Assembly: GCA_002269645.1 (NCBI GenBank)
Contig: NIVC01000029.1
Coordinates: 496,001 to 560,000, forward strand
Source of the DNA: Macrostomum lignano
Lineage: Eukaryota
DNA: 64,000 bases
Direction of reading: 5' to 3'
A model generated the notes under the pieces. It saw only the letters and a program-made list of their open reading frames with translations, did not search any database and was not told the DNA's origin. Shown piece by piece: positions 59,801 through 64,000 of this stretch (the stretch's first letter is position 1; every line of letters begins with the position of its first letter). A program made the translations under genes and the position numbers.

Positions 59801-61524
59801 GTCCACCTAACCTACAGACACAACTGAAGCAGCTTTCTCAGTCTGTTTGGGGCTTTGACTCTTGGAAGGTGGTCCACCTAACCTACAGACACAACTGAAG
59901 CAGCTCTCTCAGTCTGTTTGGGGCTTTGACTTTTATAAGGTGGTCCACCTAACCTACAGACACAACTGATGCAGCTCTCTCAGTCTGTTTGGGGCCTTGG
60001 CTGTCAGAGCTGTCTTGAAAGTTTAGTGCGGGAATGTTTCCGTTTCTTGGAATGCAATCAGAACAGATTCTTAGAAAGCGAGCTGGTCCACCATGAGATC
60101 AGAATGTCTGCACTGTGTAAATGAATGGTCTCTAGGCATTCCGACTCAGATTATCGCCTAGTAGTGCTGTAGAGAAGGTGGTCCACCTAACCTACAGACA
60201 CAACTGAAGCAGCTCTCTCAGTCTGTTTGAGGGTCACACGGATACACTGCAGCGGTTTTGAATTTAAGCTTCCGACGTTGACTTGTCTTTTTATTCTCTA
60301 ACTTCCTAGGAGCCCGAGGTCGAATTTCGTTCTCCTGAGCTCGACCAGTCTGAGGCTTCGAAAAAGTTGAAATCGCGCTCTGCGTCTGCATCACGCCTTG
60401 ATGAAGGCGCTCAGTCGCACAACGCTACCGCGGATGCAGGCGCTACTCCAGCCTCGAAGAAGGCCGCATCGCCTGGTGAAAATCGTCGGTCTACTGGCAA
60501 ATCCGTCGACACCGAGTCCAGAAAAGTGAGTTTCGCTTGATGATCTCAAAGTAGCTAGCTGCAACTCAATTGCTGTAGAGAAGCTGGTCCACCTAACCTA
60601 CAGACACAACTGAAGCAGCTCTCTCAGTCTGTTTGGGGCTTTGAATCTTGGAAGGTGGTCCACCTAACCTACAGACACATCTGAAGCAGCTTTCTCAGTC
60701 TGTTTGGGGCTTTGACTCTTGGAAGGTGGTCCACCTAACCTACAGACACAACTGAAGCAGCTCTCTCAGTCTGTTTGGGGCTTTGACTTTTATAAGGTGG
60801 TCCACCTAACCTACAGACACAACTGAAGCAGCTCTCTCAGTCTGTTTGGGGCTTTGACTTTTATAAGGTGGTCCACCTAACCTACAGACACAACTGAAGC
60901 AGCTCTCTCAGTCTGTTTGGGGCTTTGACTCTTAAAAAGTGGTCCACCTAACCTACAGACACAACTGAAGCAGCTCTCTCAGTCTGTTTGGGGCCTTGGC
61001 TCTCAGAGCTGTCTTGAAAGTTTAGTGCGGGAATGTTTCCGTTTCTTGGAATGCAATCAGAACAGATTCTTAGAAAGCGAGCTGGTCCACCATGAGATCA
61101 GAATGTCTGCACTGTGTAAATGAATGGTCTCTAGGCATTCCGACTCAGATTATCGCCTAGTAGTGCTGTAGAGAAGGTGGTCCACCTAACCTACAGACAC
61201 AACTGAAGCAGCTCTCTCAGTCTGTTTGAGGGTCACACGGATACACTGCAGCGGTTTTGAATTTAAGCTTCCGACGTTGACTTGTCTTTTTATTCTCTAA
61301 CTTACTAGGAGCCCGAGGTCGAATTTCGTTCTCCTGAGCTCGACCAGTCTGAGGCTTCGAAAAAGTTGAAATCGCGCTCTGCGTCTGCATCACGCCTTGA
61401 TGAAGGCGCTCAGTCGCACAACGCTACCGCGGATGCAAGCGCTACTCCAGCCTCGAAGAAGGCCGCATCGCCTGGTGAAAATCGTCGGTCTACTGGCAAA
61501 TCCGTCGACACCGAGTCCAGAAAA
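56838..61524 (+). CDS. Four tandem 216-nt (72-aa) phase-0 exons: 56838-57053, 59443-59658, 60310-60525, 61309-61524
   Basis: Each has acceptor TTTTTATTCTCTAAC..CTAG|GAG and donor AGAAAA|GTGAGT, and is stop-free (EPEVEFRSPELDQSDASKK...KKAASPGENRRST.K.VDTESRK). Confidence 0.75.
57555..59365. mobile_element. Non-autonomous hAT transposon derivative, 1811 bp, TAGGGATGTCGA TIRs, 8-bp TSD GTCACACG
   Basis: TSD at 57547-57554 and 59366-59373; CCCCGGGG subterminal repeats; remnant PPTSVAAEHAFS of the hAT dimerisation domain; the empty site GAGGGTCACACGGATAC is present in the paralogous introns. Confidence 0.92.
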
Positions 61525-62034
61525 GTGAGTTTCGCTTGATGATCTCAAAGTAGCTAGCTGCAACTCAATTGCTGTAGAGAAGCTGGTCCACCTAACCTAC
61601 AGACACAACTGAAGCAGCTCTCTCAGTCTGTTTGGGGCTTTGAATCTTGGAAGGTGGTCCACCTAACCTACAGACACATCTGAAGCAGCTTTCTCAGTCT
61701 GTTTGGGGCTTTGACTCTTGGAAGGTGGTCCACCTAACCTACAGATACAACTGAAGCAGCTCTCTCAGTCTGTTTGGGGCTTTGACTTTTATAAGGTGGT
61801 CCACCTAACCTACAGACACAACTGAAGCAGCTCTCTCAGTCTGTTTGGGGCTTTGACTCTTATAAGGTGTCCACCTAACCTACAGACACAACTGAAGCAG
61901 CTCTCTCAGTCTGTTTGGGGCTTTGACTCTTAGAAGGTGGTCCACCTAACCTACAGTCAAAACTTATGTACTGTTTAGGCGTTTCCGTAATGGAGTAATA
62001 TGTGAGAAATTTTTTTTTATTTTAGTTTCTACAG

Positions 62035-63062
62035 GGCTGTTTGGTCGAGCAGTTTACATTGGATTCTCTTCGAGGGAAGCGAGTTTTTTTTCTGTACGGC
62101 GAAAGTCAAAAGCGACAAAAGAAGCTGGAATCTGCCGTCGTCTATTATGGCGGAAGCGTTGCTTCGTTTTTTTCAAATGAGGTGTGTAGTTTTTGCAATG
62201 CATTCGTTGTTTTTGTTTGTTGCTTGTTAATAGGGCAGATTAGAGACGTTGATAGATTTTTTGTAGCTATGGGCTCGTATTTTTTGCTTTTCCAGGTTGA
62301 TTTAATCATCGCTGACGATTCCGCTGTCTCCATTGAAGCTAAACAATCTTTTTCGGAGTTTTCTAGGGGTTTCACCATGCAGCAGAGAGCCGTTACGCAA
62401 ACTTCGAGTTCGCAATGCAGAATTGTCAAAACATTCGAAGATATTTTGACGAAAGCTCGCTTGCTGCAAATACCTGTCTACACTCCGGCAATATTTCGAG
62501 ATCGAATTCGCGATCAAGTTTCTCAACACGAGCTGTGCCAGAAAACTATTTCTTCAGGGAGGTTTGCCGAAGAAGATCGGAATTTGACCCCACCGGCCGT
62601 TGTTGTTACGGATGCCCAGCATTTGCTGAGACCAATCTTCAAAGATAACATTGATGTCGTCGACATTTTTGCAAACCCAAGGGCTAATAATAACGATGAA
62701 AAAAATCGTCAAAAGCCTGACGGCAAAGAAAAACGGAAAGGTCGGTGTGAAAACTGTCGCGAAGCCTACGACGACTTTAATCAGCACATAACATTAAGCC
62801 AAAAGCACCAAGATTTCGTTTCGAATAAAAAAATTTTACTGAAATCGACCAAATCATTTCAACTCTTCCGACGCTAGACAGCGCCCTAAATGAAGCGACT
62901 CAAAAGGCTACCGCTCCTATGACACATCATGACACGAAAAAACCGGATTCGAAAGCACTACCTAACATATTTCAGCAAAATGACGGTGATAGACGCCAAG
63001 CCGCATCGCTTGGCGAAAATCGTCAGTCTGCTCGCAAATACGTCGACACCGAGTCCAAAAAA
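62035..63062 (+). CDS. DBF4: DBF4/ASK (CDC7 kinase activator) core; exons 62035-62181 and 62296-63062; apparent 1-nt deletion in the A-run near 62827-62833
   Basis: Motif N (LRGKRVFFL..LESAVVYYGGSVASFFSNE|VDLII; ILTKARLLQIPV), motif M (LTPPAVVVTDAQHLLRPIFK) and motif C zinc finger (GRCENCREAYDDFNQHI..SQKH.DF). Confidence 0.88.
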
Positions 63063-63408
63063 GTGAGTTTCGTTTAATGATCTCAAAATAGCTAGCTGCA
63101 TGCAACTCAATTGCTGTAGAGAAGTTCTTAAAAGGTGGTCCACCTAAACTACAGACACAACTGAAGCAGCTCTCTCAGTCTGTTTGGGGCTTTGACTTTT
63201 ATAAGGTGGTCCACCTAACCTACAGAAACAACTGAAGCAGCTTTCTCAGTCTGTTTGGGGCTTTGACTCTTAAAAGGTGGTCCACCTAACCTACAGACAC
63301 AACTGAAGCAGCTCTCTCAGTCTGTTTGAGGGTCACACGGATACACGGCAGCGGTTTTGAATTTAAGCTTCCGACTTTGACTTGTCTTTTTATTCTCTAA
63401 TTTCCTAG

Positions 63409-63633
63409 GAGCCTGAGGTCGAATTTCGTTCCCGCCAAATCGAACGCACTGGTGCCTCAAAAAGAGGGCGGAAATCGCGAAGCCGTTCGCGCTCTGCATC
63501 ACGCCTTGATGAAGGCGCTCAGTCGCACAACGCTACCGCGGATGCAGGCGCTACTCCAGCCTCGAAGAAGGCCGCATCGCCTGGTGAAAATCGTCGGTCT
63601 ACTCGCAAATACGTCGACACCGAGTCCAGAAAA
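63409..63633 (+). CDS. Fifth module exon (225 nt, 75 aa, phase 0) downstream of the DBF4 core; the gene continues beyond the window
   Basis: Same acceptor and donor as the other modules; open frame EPEVEFRSRQIERTGASKRGRKSRSRSRSASRL...DTESRK. Confidence 0.7.
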
Positions 63634-64000
63634 GTGAGTTTCGCTTGATGATCTCAAAGTAGCTAGCTGCAACTCAATTGCTGTAGAGAAGCTGGTCCAC
63701 CTAACCTACAGAACAGACGCAACTGAAGCAGCTCTCTCAGTCTGTTTGGGGCTTTGACTCTTGGAAGGTGGTCCACCTAACCTACAGACACAACTGAAGC
63801 AGCTCTCTCAGTCTGTTTGGGGCTTTAACTCTTAAAAGGTGGTCAACCTAACCTACAGACACAACTGAAGCAGCTTTCTCAGTCTGTTTGGGGCTTTGAC
63901 TTTTATAAGGTGGTCCACCTAACCTACAGACACAACTGAAGCAGCTCTCTCAGTCTGTTTGGGGCTTTGACTCTTAAAAGGTGGTCCACCTAACCTACAG

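Larger units (their letters stand above)
56470..64000. repeat. 71-bp minisatellite (GGTGGTCCACCTAACCTACAGACACAACTGAAGCAGCTCTCTCAGTCTGTTTGGGGCTTTGACTCTTATAA) blocks inside each module intron
   Basis: Period of 71 (57121, 57192, 57263); copy number varies between introns. Confidence 0.93.

Noticed and set aside
62821-62845. Programmed -1 ribosomal frameshift in DBF4
   Set aside because: No in-frame X XXY YYZ heptamer and no evident downstream structure; a homopolymer error is simpler.

Overview
Eukaryotic (metazoan) genomic DNA with GT-AG introns and very dense minisatellites and microsatellites, which explain most long ORFs in the track. The satellite-filled introns are reminiscent of a free-living flatworm such as Macrostomum, but that is inference only. 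Recognisable host genes: ENDOG (+, 2 exons), a 3-exon class A neuropeptide GPCR (+), intronless TBCA (-), a complete 11-exon COG3 (-, 815 aa), an intronless RING-CH/RINGv protein (-), and DBF4 (+). Mobile DNA: mariner remnants, tRNA-derived SINE-like heads, a Ty3/Gypsy pol remnant interrupted by a 5'-truncated non-LTR element with a TSD, a Crypton-type tyrosine-recombinase gene with a spliceosomal intron, and a hAT derivative with an 8-bp TSD. Most unusual observations: (1) DBF4 lies within an array of tandemly amplified phase-0 exon+intron modules (a Lys-rich start exon, four 216-nt exons, the DBF4 core, then further modules); (2) ENDOG's first coding exon has no ATG but opens in phase 0 after a strong acceptor, as expected if a spliced leader supplies the AUG; (3) a sharply bounded CpG desert covers the 5' gene body of COG3. 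All coordinates, counts and translations were read by eye; no database searches were run.
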